Part shown: piece by piece, positions 49,234-58,319 of the stretch
How the letters are laid out: every line of letters starts with the position of its first letter
How positions within the stretch are numbered: position 1 is the first letter of the stretch
Source: a virus
Taxonomy: Duplodnaviria > Heunggongvirae > Uroviricota > Caudoviricetes
Reading direction: 5' to 3' (one strand)
DNA length: 64,000 nucleotides
Virus record (IMG/VR): IMGVR_UViG_3300028805_001692
Coordinates: 45,613-109,612 of that record
The notes under the pieces: model-generated
Told to the model about the DNA's origin: nothing
Databases searched by the model: none
The model's input: the letters and a program-made list of their open reading frames with translations, nothing else
Made by a program: the position numbers and the translations under genes

Positions 49234-49265
49234 TTTGGTTAGTACAATTTTTTTATGTAACTTTG
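49234..49265 (+). promoter_or_regulatory. Bacteroidota sigma-A type promoter, copy 1 of a duplicated promoter cassette
   Basis: -33 TTTG at 49234-49237, 20-nt spacer, -7 TAacTTTG at 49258-49265. Shares the 19-mer tttttttatgtaactttgc with the 50939-50957 copy. Confidence 0.55.
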
Positions 49266-49295
49266 CACCCAGAAATAATAAAACAATAAAAGATT

Positions 49296-49451
49296 ATGTT
49301 AAGGTATACAATTTTTTTCGGAGTAGTTTTCGGAGTGATAGCAGTACTCTATTATGTGTTACTCGCACTCCAGTGTTTCGGGGTTATTAAGTTCTCCAAA
49401 GAGGATGTGAGCTTCCCCAAGGTATTAATCCCGTTCTACTATTTCTTTGTG
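49296..49451 (+). CDS. small hydrophobic protein (tentative)
   Basis: 51-aa ORF (MLRYTIFFGVVFGVIAVLYYVLLALQCFGVI...) just downstream of the promoter. GC-rich. Confidence 0.3.
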
Positions 49452-49488
49452 TAGAAACTTCATTATTAACTTTTAAAAAATAACAAAA

Positions 49489-49632
49489 ATGACAAAACAA
49501 GACGTAATTTCATTGCTGCGTAGTGTACGCAGCGTTGTTAAGGGAGAAGAAAATGGTAGTGCAGAGCACATCACCGAGTGGATTTCCAGTGACGAGGTGC
49601 AGCAGGCAATCGACTTCCTTGAAGCGGAGTAA
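49489..49632 (+). CDS. small acidic protein (tentative)
   Basis: 47-aa ORF (MTKQDVISLLRSVRSVVKGEENGSAEHITEWISSDEVQQAIDFLEAE). GC-rich. Confidence 0.3.
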   Translation: MTKQDVISLLRSVRSVVKGEENGSAEHITEWISSDEVQQAIDFLEAE

Positions 49633-49664
49633 AAGAGTATTAACAATTTAATAACATTAAGACA

Positions 49665-50888
49665 ATGAAAGAGTTTGAAAGTAGAGCAGTGACAGTACCC
49701 AAGAAGGTGCTGTGGGGTGTGGTTTCACTTGTAGCCCTGTTTGTAGTGTTGTTCGTTGGCGCTGGTGTCATGGAAGACTGTGACAAGTCCAAGAACTATG
49801 TGTGTCAGTTCCCTATCACGGGTAACTATGAGGTTTGGACTGAGGGTGGTGCTCAGTTCCAGTGGTGGGGTAACGTCTATGAGTACTCCAAGACCAACCA
49901 GGTTGAGTTTACAGGCGTAGAGAAGAACGAGGACGGTTATGTAGCCGCAGGTAACAATCCAGGTGCAGCCGTGACGTTTAATGACCGTGGTCGTGGTTTT
50001 ATTATCGGCTCACTCCGTGTAGTATTGCCTCGTGACTTTAATCATATGGCTAAGATTCAGCAGGAGTTCGGTTCTGAGGAAGCTCTTATTAGTACCCTTA
50101 TTAAACCTACACTATACAAGGTAGTAACGTCGTGCGGACCGCTTATGTCATCGCTGGAATCCGTATCAGAGACACGTACAGACCTTATTCAATACATTAC
50201 TGACCAGTTGAATGCGGGCGTGTATAAGACAAAGATTACCAAGATTAAGGTTACGAATGAACTGACAGGAGATACTGAGACTGTGGCGAAGGCAGAGATT
50301 CTCGTTGACCGCAATGGTAACTACATGCGACAAGAGGAAAGTCCGTTCCAACAGTATGGTATTACATGTAACCTCGTATCTATCACCGATATTAAGTACG
50401 ATAAGGCAACTCAAGACCAGATTGATGCCCAGAAGCAGGCTAACCTTGCAGTTGTTACCGCCAAGACCAAATCTCTTGAGGCTATCCAGAAGACCGTGCT
50501 GATTACAGAGCAAGGTAAGGCTGATGCAGAGAAGGCGAAGTGGGAACAGGAGAAGGAGAAGGCTGTGGCTGTGACGAAGGCACAACAGGAGTTCGAGGTG
50601 GCTAAGCTTGAAGCTGCAAAGGCTGAGGAAGTAGCTCGAAAGGTACGTGCCGAGGGTGAAGCAAAGGCTGCTGCAAATAGGGCATTGGTATCAGCAGGTC
50701 TTACACCTCTGGAGGCTGCAACCATCAAGAAGGAGACTGCAATCGGTATCGCACAAGCACTTGCCAAGTCAGAGGTATCCTGGGTCCCGAAGATTATGTT
50801 CGCTGGCAATGGTGGTGGCAACGGAAACGCAATGGATGCCGTTGGACTCAAGATGCTGATGGATATTGCTGACAAACTGGACAAGTAA
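49665..50888 (+). CDS. SPFH/band-7 (stomatin/HflK-like) membrane protein
   Basis: N-terminal TM segment 'VVSLVALFVVLFVGAGV', a central SPFH-like domain, and a C-terminal Ala/Lys/Glu-rich coiled coil. GC about 47% against ~33% for the phage background. Confidence 0.7.
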   Translation: MKEFESRAVTVPKKVLWGVVSLVALFVVLFVGAGVMEDCDKSKNYVCQFPITGNYEVWTEGGAQFQWWGNVYEYSKTNQVEFTGVEKNEDGYVAAGNNPGAAVTFNDRGRGFIIGSLRVVLPRDFNHMAKIQQEFGSEEALISTLIKPTLYKVVTSCGPLMSSLESVSETRTDLIQYITDQLNAGVYKTKITKIKVTNELTGDTETVAKAEILVDRNGNYMRQEESPFQQYGITCNLVSITDIKYDKATQDQIDAQKQANLAVVTAKTKSLEAIQKTVLITEQGKADAEKAKWEQEKEKAVAVTKAQQEFEVAKLEAAKAEEVARKVRAEGEAKAAANRALVSAGLTPLEAATIKKETAIGIAQALAKSEVSWVPKIMFAGNGGGNGNAMDAVGLKMLMDIADKLDK

Positions 50889-50925
50889 AGGTTTGTTAAA
50901 AAAATATAAAAAAACGGGGTAACAC

Positions 50926-50956
50926 TTTGTTATCTCGTTTTTTTTATGTAACTTTG
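50926..50956 (+). promoter_or_regulatory. Bacteroidota sigma-A type promoter, copy 2 of the duplicated promoter cassette
   Basis: -33 TTTG at 50926-50929, 19-nt spacer, -7 TAacTTTG at 50949-50956. A weak hairpin/T-run precedes it. Confidence 0.55.
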
Positions 50957-50960
50957 CGCC

Positions 50961-51105
50961 ATGAAGAAATTTATAGTAATATATTTAATTCTTGCTATCA
51001 TTATACTTGGTATGTCAATACTAATGAAAGATGGTATAATGTGTTTTGAATATAAGACAGACAATTGTCATAAGTGTTTAACAGGAGAATACTACGGATT
51101 ATGAA
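50961..51105 (+). CDS. small TM protein (tentative)
   Basis: 48-aa ORF (MKKFIVIYLILAIIILGMSIL...). Its stop overlaps the next ATG (ATGA). Confidence 0.3.
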
Positions 51106-51676
51106 CAAGAACTTAATTGTAATTCATCCGAATGACCCATCTACAGCGTTTCTGAAAATACTGTATGATTATCATTCGCCATTCAATCCACTGGTCATCG
51201 ACGAGACAACCAGTACGTCAAAGATAAGACAAATCCTTACTGCAAAGGCACTTAAGGATAGACCAGTATTGATGCTTGGACATGGATATTCTGGTGGTAT
51301 GTTTGCTCCACAGAAAGTAGGTGGAGAAATTGACCAGTTTTATAGGAAGATAATCAACCCAAGACTTGTACAGTTCCTAAGGGAGAGAACATGTATAGGC
51401 ATCTGGTGTCATGCAAAGATGTTTGCTGAACGCTATGGGCTTCATGGACTCTTCAGTGGTATGATTATATCTGACAAGGATGAAGCAAACAACTATTGTA
51501 TGGATGAGTTCACCCAAAAGGAGATTGAAATGTATAACGTAGACTTTGCTGGTGCGCTTGAGTACTGCCTTGAGACATATGATTTGAGAGAGATACCGCA
51601 CAAGATGTCTGGATTTAAGTCAGTCCAAAATAGACTGGAAGAATTTAATTTTAGTAACTTACATTATTATCCATAA
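51101..51676 (+). CDS. hypothetical protein
   Basis: The ORF track starts at 51074. The ATG at 51101 (MNKNLIVIHP...) is coupled to the upstream small ORF. Confidence 0.4.
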   Translation: MNKNLIVIHPNDPSTAFLKILYDYHSPFNPLVIDETTSTSKIRQILTAKALKDRPVLMLGHGYSGGMFAPQKVGGEIDQFYRKIINPRLVQFLRERTCIGIWCHAKMFAERYGLHGLFSGMIISDKDEANNYCMDEFTQKEIEMYNVDFAGALEYCLETYDLREIPHKMSGFKSVQNRLEEFNFSNLHYYP

Positions 51677-51680
51677 ACAT

Positions 51681-51827
51681 ATGGCAAAAAGTATATTAAC
51701 AAAAAAACTGGAGAAGATACTATATTTCTATGACAGCTATCTACCAGAAGATGGAATACCAATGTTCCAAAGGGACATGAAAGAGGTAATAGAGTTATCT
51801 AAACAATACAAAAAAGGTGGGAGTTGA
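51681..51827 (+). CDS. small hypothetical protein (tentative)
   Basis: 48-aa ORF that ends inside the terminator hairpin. Confidence 0.25.
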   Translation: MAKSILTKKLEKILYFYDSYLPEDGIPMFQRDMKEVIELSKQYKKGGS

Positions 51828-51840
51828 TTTCCCACCTTTT
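51813..51840. terminator. bidirectional intrinsic terminator
   Basis: Stem ggtggga / tcccacc, loop gttgatt. A-run and T-run, between convergent gene sets. Confidence 0.5.
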
Positions 51841-53488
51841 ATGCATATTTGTTATTAAGGTCATCCACAATGTCGAATGATAATACATCGTGATGAATTA
51901 TTGAGTTCATACCATATTTAATCCTTATATCAACGAAATATCTCTGAGGTATCAGCATATTGGTGTCAATCATATAAAAATTCTCCACATATGCCTTGTT
52001 TACACCATCCCACTCGATAACATCGATTTCTCTTGTACCATCCTTAACGTACAACCTTATATCAATTGAATCTAGAAGCTGTACTGTGTTGGTACTATTG
52101 TAGCTTGGTCTAGCATTGATAACCAGTTTCCTAATATCACCACGTTTAAGCTGTTCCTTCTCTTTAATACCGCTGATGGTTGGACTGAAGGTTATATTGG
52201 TTGTTGATAGTGAGTTTCCTATGTTAAAGAAATTAGGTGTTGCTCTAACCACAAAATCAAGCTCTACATCGTCCAAAACTGTTCCCTGGTACTGGATATT
52301 GGTCCAGGTGTCGTAAAGCATCGTATCAGCCTCAAAATCGTTTTTAGAGAGTTTTAAATCGATGTAGTAGATACCCTTGGATTGTTTCTTCGACATAATC
52401 ATTGTCATTTCCCTCCCAGAAGCATCCCTAATAATCTCTCCGTCACCGTTCCTAATAGTTACAGTAGGATTAAGTGACAAGTCCTCCAAGTGGTCTCCAA
52501 TGGTACAATATAGGTATAACCTGTTTCTCTTACTCAATACGAAGTTAGACCTGTCATCCATTACAACATCCTCGTATCTGGTTTCAACGAAAGGCTCGAA
52601 AAATGTATTTGTCTTATCTGTAAGCCAACCTATATAATTTTCATATTCACTGTTCGTTATTTCAAGAAGAGGTGAATATGCCATAGCTATACCGTAGTTA
52701 TCAAGTTCTCCAGAAAGGAATTTGTTAAACACGTCTGTAATATCGAGATTTATATTCTCGTTGCCGACATCGAAATGTTGCCTGCCAATTACTATTGATT
52801 CCTCTCCAGCTGCGAACTTGTCGTATTCCTTTGAAAGTTTCTCATTAGTGAATATACCAGGAGCATACTTAAGTGGTCTGCTATCCTCCAGGATTTTAGC
52901 AAGTTCTTTCTTCTGCTCATCTGTAAGGTCTTCAACAGTATCTGCACCAACTGAATCAAGGTATCTATCGGTAATTTCCTCTATCTCATCCTCGTCAAGC
53001 TCATCCTTGTCTCCGTTATCCCACAGGAATCCATTTTGTCTCTGAAACCAGTTGCATCCATCCTCAGAATACAGTCTCTTAGGGTCAATTACCGTCCTTG
53101 AATAAAAGTCAGTATTAAAGAAATTCTTGGAGTAATCAAATCCCTTTCCTCTATCCCAGTTCTTAGGGATAAGGAAGAATATAATATCGAATGATGTTGC
53201 CCTAATCTTCTTATTGTCATTAATGGAACTGGTCTCGCAATCATGAAGCTGTGTAAAGTCTATAGAGCCTGCATTGGTGATATGGAGAGTGTGTTTCATT
53301 TTCTTCATGTCAACCATAACACCTTCTTCCATCAGTTTCTTTACCTTGTTGTGGTCGAAGTACATCAGAACTCTTGACACAATTGTATCATGACCATATA
53401 CCAGTTCTGCGATAGGATTAAGACCTGTATTCAGTTTAGAACCAGATATAATTGTATTGAATTTACTTAAGTATGTCTTGTATATCAT
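51839..53488 (-). CDS. hypothetical protein (549 aa), last gene of the sugar/LRR operon
   Basis: Intact ORF, 12 nt downstream of the epimerase gene on the same strand. Confidence 0.45.
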   Translation of the reverse strand: MIYKTYLSKFNTIISGSKLNTGLNPIAELVYGHDTIVSRVLMYFDHNKVKKLMEEGVMVDMKKMKHTLHITNAGSIDFTQLHDCETSSINDNKKIRATSFDIIFFLIPKNWDRGKGFDYSKNFFNTDFYSRTVIDPKRLYSEDGCNWFQRQNGFLWDNGDKDELDEDEIEEITDRYLDSVGADTVEDLTDEQKKELAKILEDSRPLKYAPGIFTNEKLSKEYDKFAAGEESIVIGRQHFDVGNENINLDITDVFNKFLSGELDNYGIAMAYSPLLEITNSEYENYIGWLTDKTNTFFEPFVETRYEDVVMDDRSNFVLSKRNRLYLYCTIGDHLEDLSLNPTVTIRNGDGEIIRDASGREMTMIMSKKQSKGIYYIDLKLSKNDFEADTMLYDTWTNIQYQGTVLDDVELDFVVRATPNFFNIGNSLSTTNITFSPTISGIKEKEQLKRGDIRKLVINARPSYNSTNTVQLLDSIDIRLYVKDGTREIDVIEWDGVNKAYVENFYMIDTNMLIPQRYFVDIRIKYGMNSIIHHDVLSFDIVDDLNNKYA

Positions 53489-53500
53489 AATACGTATTAA

Positions 53501-54469
53501 TTAACTATTATATAAATAGTCTTTGAATTGTTTTAATCCTTCTTCCAGAGTAACTTTACATTTAAAACCATAATCCTTTTCTAACCTGTTCTCGTCAGCA
53601 CATGTTAATACAGCGTCATATGGTTTTCCGTTCTCATAAATAATTTTATCATAGTCTTCTTTACCACATATCTTCTTTATAATATCAATAAGCTTATTGA
53701 TGGTACATGGTTTACCCCATCCAACATTATATACCCATCCTGGACGTTTTGATTCTCTTTCATTGTCAATAACAGTCTTGAATGCGTCTGTAACGTCATC
53801 TATATATGTAAAATCTCTCTTTATAGTTCCGTCACCATAAATGTGTATAGGCTCGTCATCCAGTATAGCCTTGGTAAACTTATATATTGCAAGGTCTGGT
53901 CTCATTCTCTTACCATAAACCGTATATAATCTAAGACCTGTTATCTCCATGTCTGGGTACATATTAGCATACATATGTCCCTGTAACTCATTTGTAGCCT
54001 TTGTAATGCCATAAGTAGACTTCTGTTGATAAATTCCATTAAAGTCGCCTAAAACTGTGCTAGAGGAGGCGTAAATGAATTTCTTGACACCATGTTGGTG
54101 TGACATGCGAACCATAATATCAAATCCCTTGATATTAGTGTCTATGACTTGCAATGGATATCGCATAGAATGTCCTACTCCAGCTTGCGCTGCAAGATGT
54201 ACAACCGCATCGATTGGTTCACCATTGAACTCATAGTTTGCGTATTTAAAAAGTTGTTCTACTTTATATTCTTCAGTTATATCCCCATTAACACATTCGA
54301 AGAGTGATGAACGCCTGTTAATTTGTACATTTCTATCCTTTATCTTGATGTCATAATATGGGTCGAAATTATCTATTCCAACTATTCTATACTCTTTCGT
54401 TTTTAGTAGTTTTTCAATGAGATTTGTAGCTATAAATCCTGCTGCACCTGTAACAATTATATTTTTCAT
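53501..54469 (-). CDS. NAD-dependent nucleotide-sugar epimerase/dehydratase (SDR family)
   Basis: 'MKNIIVTGAAGFIATNL' Rossmann motif, 'YASSSTVLGD', catalytic 'YGITKAT' (YxxxK). Confidence 0.8.
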   Translation of the reverse strand: MKNIIVTGAAGFIATNLIEKLLKTKEYRIVGIDNFDPYYDIKIKDRNVQINRRSSLFECVNGDITEEYKVEQLFKYANYEFNGEPIDAVVHLAAQAGVGHSMRYPLQVIDTNIKGFDIMVRMSHQHGVKKFIYASSSTVLGDFNGIYQQKSTYGITKATNELQGHMYANMYPDMEITGLRLYTVYGKRMRPDLAIYKFTKAILDDEPIHIYGDGTIKRDFTYIDDVTDAFKTVIDNERESKRPGWVYNVGWGKPCTINKLIDIIKKICGKEDYDKIIYENGKPYDAVLTCADENRLEKDYGFKCKVTLEEGLKQFKDYLYNS

Positions 54470-54945
54470 TTCTTTCCGAATTTTTCTAACAATATTTTCT
54501 TTTTTTCCTCAAATGGTTTTGATACCATATACATAAAATCACCCTTGTGTTTCTCAATGTATTCATCGAGTGTACATATTGGTTTGCAAGGACTTCCAGC
54601 AGCAACTGTATTATCTGGTATATCCTTATTAACAATGCTACCAGCACCTATAATACAATTGTCACCAATTTTTACATTTGGTAGTATCACTGTTCTACAT
54701 CCTATGAAGCAGTTCTTTCCAATTGTAATAGGACCGTAGATTACAGTTTCCTTATTGTGTCCTGGAAGGTTTCTTATTACCCTGGTTGCTGCATCGTGAG
54801 TGACAAATGCACAATCGAATGATATTGTGGTATTATCACCAATTGTTATAAGATATGGTTCTGAACCAAAATTAGCACCACCTACAATGCTAACATTTTT
54901 TCCTAAATTTGGCTCTCCGTAATTTGGTTTATACATTTTATTCAT
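54466..54945 (-). CDS. hexapeptide-repeat (LbH) sugar O-acetyltransferase
   Basis: 'ITIGKNCFIGCRTVILPNVKIGDNCIIGAGSIVNKDIPDNTVAAGSPCK' is typical of maltose/galactoside-type acetyltransferases. 4-nt overlap with the epimerase gene. Confidence 0.75.
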   Translation of the reverse strand: MNKMYKPNYGEPNLGKNVSIVGGANFGSEPYLITIGDNTTISFDCAFVTHDAATRVIRNLPGHNKETVIYGPITIGKNCFIGCRTVILPNVKIGDNCIIGAGSIVNKDIPDNTVAAGSPCKPICTLDEYIEKHKGDFMYMVSKPFEEKKKILLEKFGKK

Positions 54946-54999
54946 ATATAAAATATAAAAAAAAGAGCAACTAATTGAATAGTTACTCTTTTTAATTTG

Positions 55000-57216
55000 T
55001 TATTGTTCTACCTTTGTCCAATTATAATATCCTAAACGATACTTACCTGTACCCATCCATGCATCATAACCACTACTACCAATAGGTACTGTTAATGTAC
55101 CACCTCTCTTTACATCTATGAATGTATCATCGTTTATAGTAGCTGCTGTTGTTGCAATACATACTATGCTTATAATACTACTAAGACCGAAAGCAGCATA
55201 ACCAATACTTGTAACACCACTTGGTATAACTATACTTGTAAGACCACTACAACTAGCGAAAGCATATTGACCAATACTTGTAACACCACTTGGTATAACT
55301 ATACTTGTAAGACCACTACAATTTTGGAAAACACCATTACCAATACTTGTAACACTATCTGGTATGTCTATACTTGTAAGGCTTCTACAATTTTGGAAAG
55401 CATACCAACCAATGCTTGTTACACCACTACCTATGGTACAACTTGTAAGACTATTACAATTTTGGAAAGCATAATTACCAATACTTGTAACACTATCTGG
55501 TATGTCTATACTTGTAAGGCTTCTACAATTTTGGAAAGCATAATTACCAATACTTGTAACACCACTGCCTATGGTACAACTTGTAAGACCACTACAACTA
55601 GCGAAAGCATATTGACCAATACTTGTAACACCACTACCTATTGTACAACTTGTAAGTCTACTACAACCATAGAAAGCAGTATTACCAATACTTGTAACAC
55701 CACTTGGTATAACTATACTTGTAAGACCACTACAATTTTGGAAAACACCATTACCAATACTTGTAACGCCATCTGGTATTGTTATACTTGTAAGGCTACC
55801 ACAACTATTGAAAGCAGTATTACCAATACTTGTAACACTATCTGGGATAGTTACACTTATAAGATTATTACAACCATAAAAAGCACTTTCACCAATACGT
55901 GTTATGTCTCTTAATTTATATCTAACAGTATGCTCACCTTTAGTACTAAATGTATATGCACTTACAACATTTGGTTGTTCAATACCGTCAATCTCAATAG
56001 CACTGAAACCACTTATATATCTATTATATCCAATTTGTGTTGAACTACTTGTACTTGTAACGTTATACTTTGCTGTTATATCCCAGGTAATTGAAGAAAC
56101 ACTATAACTAGTAGAAGCACTGTTATAGTTGCTTGTACTACTAATATTAGCTGATACTGTGGTGCTTCCACTACCAACACCACTAACAGCACCATTGTTA
56201 TCAACAGTAACAATAGACGTGTTGTTTGAACTATACGTTACAACACCATCACCTGCATTAACTGTAACAGGGTTTGACTTTGTTTCTCCAACTTCAACTG
56301 TTATATTCGTTACAGCAAATGATAATGAAGAGTTTGCCTTTGCAATTGAACAAGCAACACTCTGTTCTGCAACATCGTTAACATTACTATCACCTTCTAC
56401 CTTATAATATACGGTATGCGTTCCAGCAGTAGTTCCACTTGGTATTGCGACACTATAGTTAGTTCCATCAGTACTGTATTTTAATGTACCATAATTTGTA
56501 GAGCCAGCATTTACAAGTTCTTGAGCTGAACCATTATAAGTCAAAGATTTAGCAGTTGGTGCTACAACTGTTGGAGTCACTTTCTTGATTGTTGTTGAAA
56601 TTGATACAGAAGGTTTATTATTATGGTTACTGTCACCTACAATCTTCCAATATGTAGTATATGTTCCAGCATTTGTTTGTGAAGGTATGCTTGTACTCCA
56701 AGTGCTGTTATTATTACTGTATTGTATTGTACCGCCAGTTACAGAACCAGAGTTCAATAATTCTTGTGCAGAGGCATTATAAGTCAACGATTTAGCAGTT
56801 GGCGCAGTATACGTTGGAGTTGCCTTATTAATCACGAATGTACCTGTTGTTGTTCCGCTGTAATGTCCAATACCGTCAACTTTTACTACATAGTTTCCAG
56901 CATTTGTGCCACCAGTGTTCTCTGTAATAGTATAATCAGTATCTACTATAAGTGTATTACCGCTAAGCGTAACAACAATATTCTGTGCTGTTTGTACACT
57001 TCCATTGTATGTTGCACTATCACAAGTAACAACAGCATTTGCAATACTTGTTGCTGTGGCAGGTGTTGGAGGTATATATCCACCACAATTTTCAGAAGTA
57101 TAATACACCAGGTCACCCTCTCTACAACTAGATACGTTGTCCAGGGTGAATGCAGTGCTGGCACTGTATGCCAGGTATTCTTCTTGAGTTTTAAATGCTC
57201 TTAAATATTTTATCAT
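55000..57216 (-). CDS. BspA-type leucine-rich-repeat protein with N-terminal Ig-like repeats (738 aa)
   Basis: About 14 tandem 23-aa units 'LTSITIPDSVTSIGNxAFxxCxS'. N-terminal 'TYNGSAQELVNAGST...YYKVEGDSNVNDV' repeats are shared with the 60986 gene. Confidence 0.65.
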   Translation of the reverse strand: MIKYLRAFKTQEEYLAYSASTAFTLDNVSSCREGDLVYYTSENCGGYIPPTPATATSIANAVVTCDSATYNGSVQTAQNIVVTLSGNTLIVDTDYTITENTGGTNAGNYVVKVDGIGHYSGTTTGTFVINKATPTYTAPTAKSLTYNASAQELLNSGSVTGGTIQYSNNNSTWSTSIPSQTNAGTYTTYWKIVGDSNHNNKPSVSISTTIKKVTPTVVAPTAKSLTYNGSAQELVNAGSTNYGTLKYSTDGTNYSVAIPSGTTAGTHTVYYKVEGDSNVNDVAEQSVACSIAKANSSLSFAVTNITVEVGETKSNPVTVNAGDGVVTYSSNNTSIVTVDNNGAVSGVGSGSTTVSANISSTSNYNSASTSYSVSSITWDITAKYNVTSTSSSTQIGYNRYISGFSAIEIDGIEQPNVVSAYTFSTKGEHTVRYKLRDITRIGESAFYGCNNLISVTIPDSVTSIGNTAFNSCGSLTSITIPDGVTSIGNGVFQNCSGLTSIVIPSGVTSIGNTAFYGCSRLTSCTIGSGVTSIGQYAFASCSGLTSCTIGSGVTSIGNYAFQNCRSLTSIDIPDSVTSIGNYAFQNCNSLTSCTIGSGVTSIGWYAFQNCRSLTSIDIPDSVTSIGNGVFQNCSGLTSIVIPSGVTSIGQYAFASCSGLTSIVIPSGVTSIGYAAFGLSSIISIVCIATTAATINDDTFIDVKRGGTLTVPIGSSGYDAWMGTGKYRLGYYNWTKVEQ
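55190..55900. repeat. 69-bp tandem DNA repeats (LRR units) with high nucleotide identity
   Basis: Recurrent 'accaatacttgtaacaccacttggtataactatacttgtaagaccactacaa...' units at 69-nt period. Confidence 0.7.
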
Positions 57217-57255
57217 AATATATTTTTTATTTCTCTATAAATATTTCTAGTGGCA

Positions 57256-57290
57256 TAAAAAAATGGTAACTACTGGGTAGTTACCATAAT
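57256..57290 (-). terminator. hairpin terminator followed by a late-type motif (CTCTATAAATATTTCTA 57234-57250)
   Basis: Stem ggtaactac / gtagttacc between the dehydratase stop and the LRR gene start, flanked by A/T runs. Confidence 0.45.
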
Positions 57291-57310
57291 AATATCTTTA
57301 ATCTTTTAAT

Positions 57311-58312
57311 TTATTTCCAATAAGAATATATTCCTTTGTTTATTTCATAATCATACCATTTATATTGCGGTCTATTTGGTTGAACCTTTGCCCATTCCCA
57401 CATTTTTTCAAGACCAGTCCTTAGATTTGTGTTGTCTTTAAATCCAAGCAAATCAATTGATTTTTGATATGTAGGTACAGCCCATTTAACCTCATGCCTA
57501 GCTTCTTTATACTCTATATTATCATAGTTTGTGATTTCAGATAAAATATTTGCAGCCTCATTAATTGTATAAGGAGTTATGCCACCAAGATTGATTATCT
57601 GTTTTGAAGCTTGAGGTAACACTGCTGCATTCCATAATGGTTCTAAATTATCTTCTATATATGTAAAAGCTCTGGTTTGTTCACCATCACCATAAATGAG
57701 AATTGGTTCATTATGTAATATTTTATACATCCATATACCTAATACGTTCCTATATTTATCCCAAATATTCTGATTTTCTCCATAAATATTATGTGGGCGA
57801 ATGATGCACCAATCAAGTTTATGTTGGTCACCAGCCACTCTTATATCCATTTCGCAAGCATATTTTGATATTCCATATGGGTCAATTGGGCAAGGGGTGT
57901 CATTTTCATCAAACCTATTTAATTGTTTATCACCATGTCCATAAACAGACATTGATGATGTATAAACTAACCTCTTAACGTTATGTTCAATGCACTCGTT
58001 GATTATGTTGGCTGTGGACACAGTGTTATTTTTCCAGTTAAATTTTCTCATAAATGGAGATAAACCTTCAGCAGCATACGCAGCAAAATGAAACACGTAA
58101 TCTATCTGGTGAGAATCAAAAATATCTGTTATATCATCTTGTGACAAATCCCTTTGGTAAAATATCACCTTTTTATTTATGTTTTCGACATATCCACCAA
58201 ACAAATTGTCAATACCTATTACTTTATAGTCACTTTTGTTTTCAATCACCCAATCTGCAAGCTTGCTCCCAAGTAGTCCAGCAGCACCAGTTATCAAAAT
58301 ACATTTTTCCAT
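57311..58312 (-). CDS. NAD-dependent nucleotide-sugar dehydratase/epimerase (SDR family)
   Basis: 'ILITGAAGLLGSKL', 'YTSSMSVYGHG', catalytic 'YGISKYACE'. Confidence 0.8.
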   Translation of the reverse strand: MEKCILITGAAGLLGSKLADWVIENKSDYKVIGIDNLFGGYVENINKKVIFYQRDLSQDDITDIFDSHQIDYVFHFAAYAAEGLSPFMRKFNWKNNTVSTANIINECIEHNVKRLVYTSSMSVYGHGDKQLNRFDENDTPCPIDPYGISKYACEMDIRVAGDQHKLDWCIIRPHNIYGENQNIWDKYRNVLGIWMYKILHNEPILIYGDGEQTRAFTYIEDNLEPLWNAAVLPQASKQIINLGGITPYTINEAANILSEITNYDNIEYKEARHEVKWAVPTYQKSIDLLGFKDNTNLRTGLEKMWEWAKVQPNRPQYKWYDYEINKGIYSYWK

Positions 58313-58319
58313 AACATTA

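Noticed and set aside
55267-55914. 215-aa plus-strand ORF rich in 'TNTCNT' repeats, and the similar 61286-62122 ORF
   Set aside because: These are antisense read-throughs of the 69-bp LRR tandem repeats. The low-complexity T/N/C product is a repeat-generated artefact opposite a well-supported minus-strand gene.
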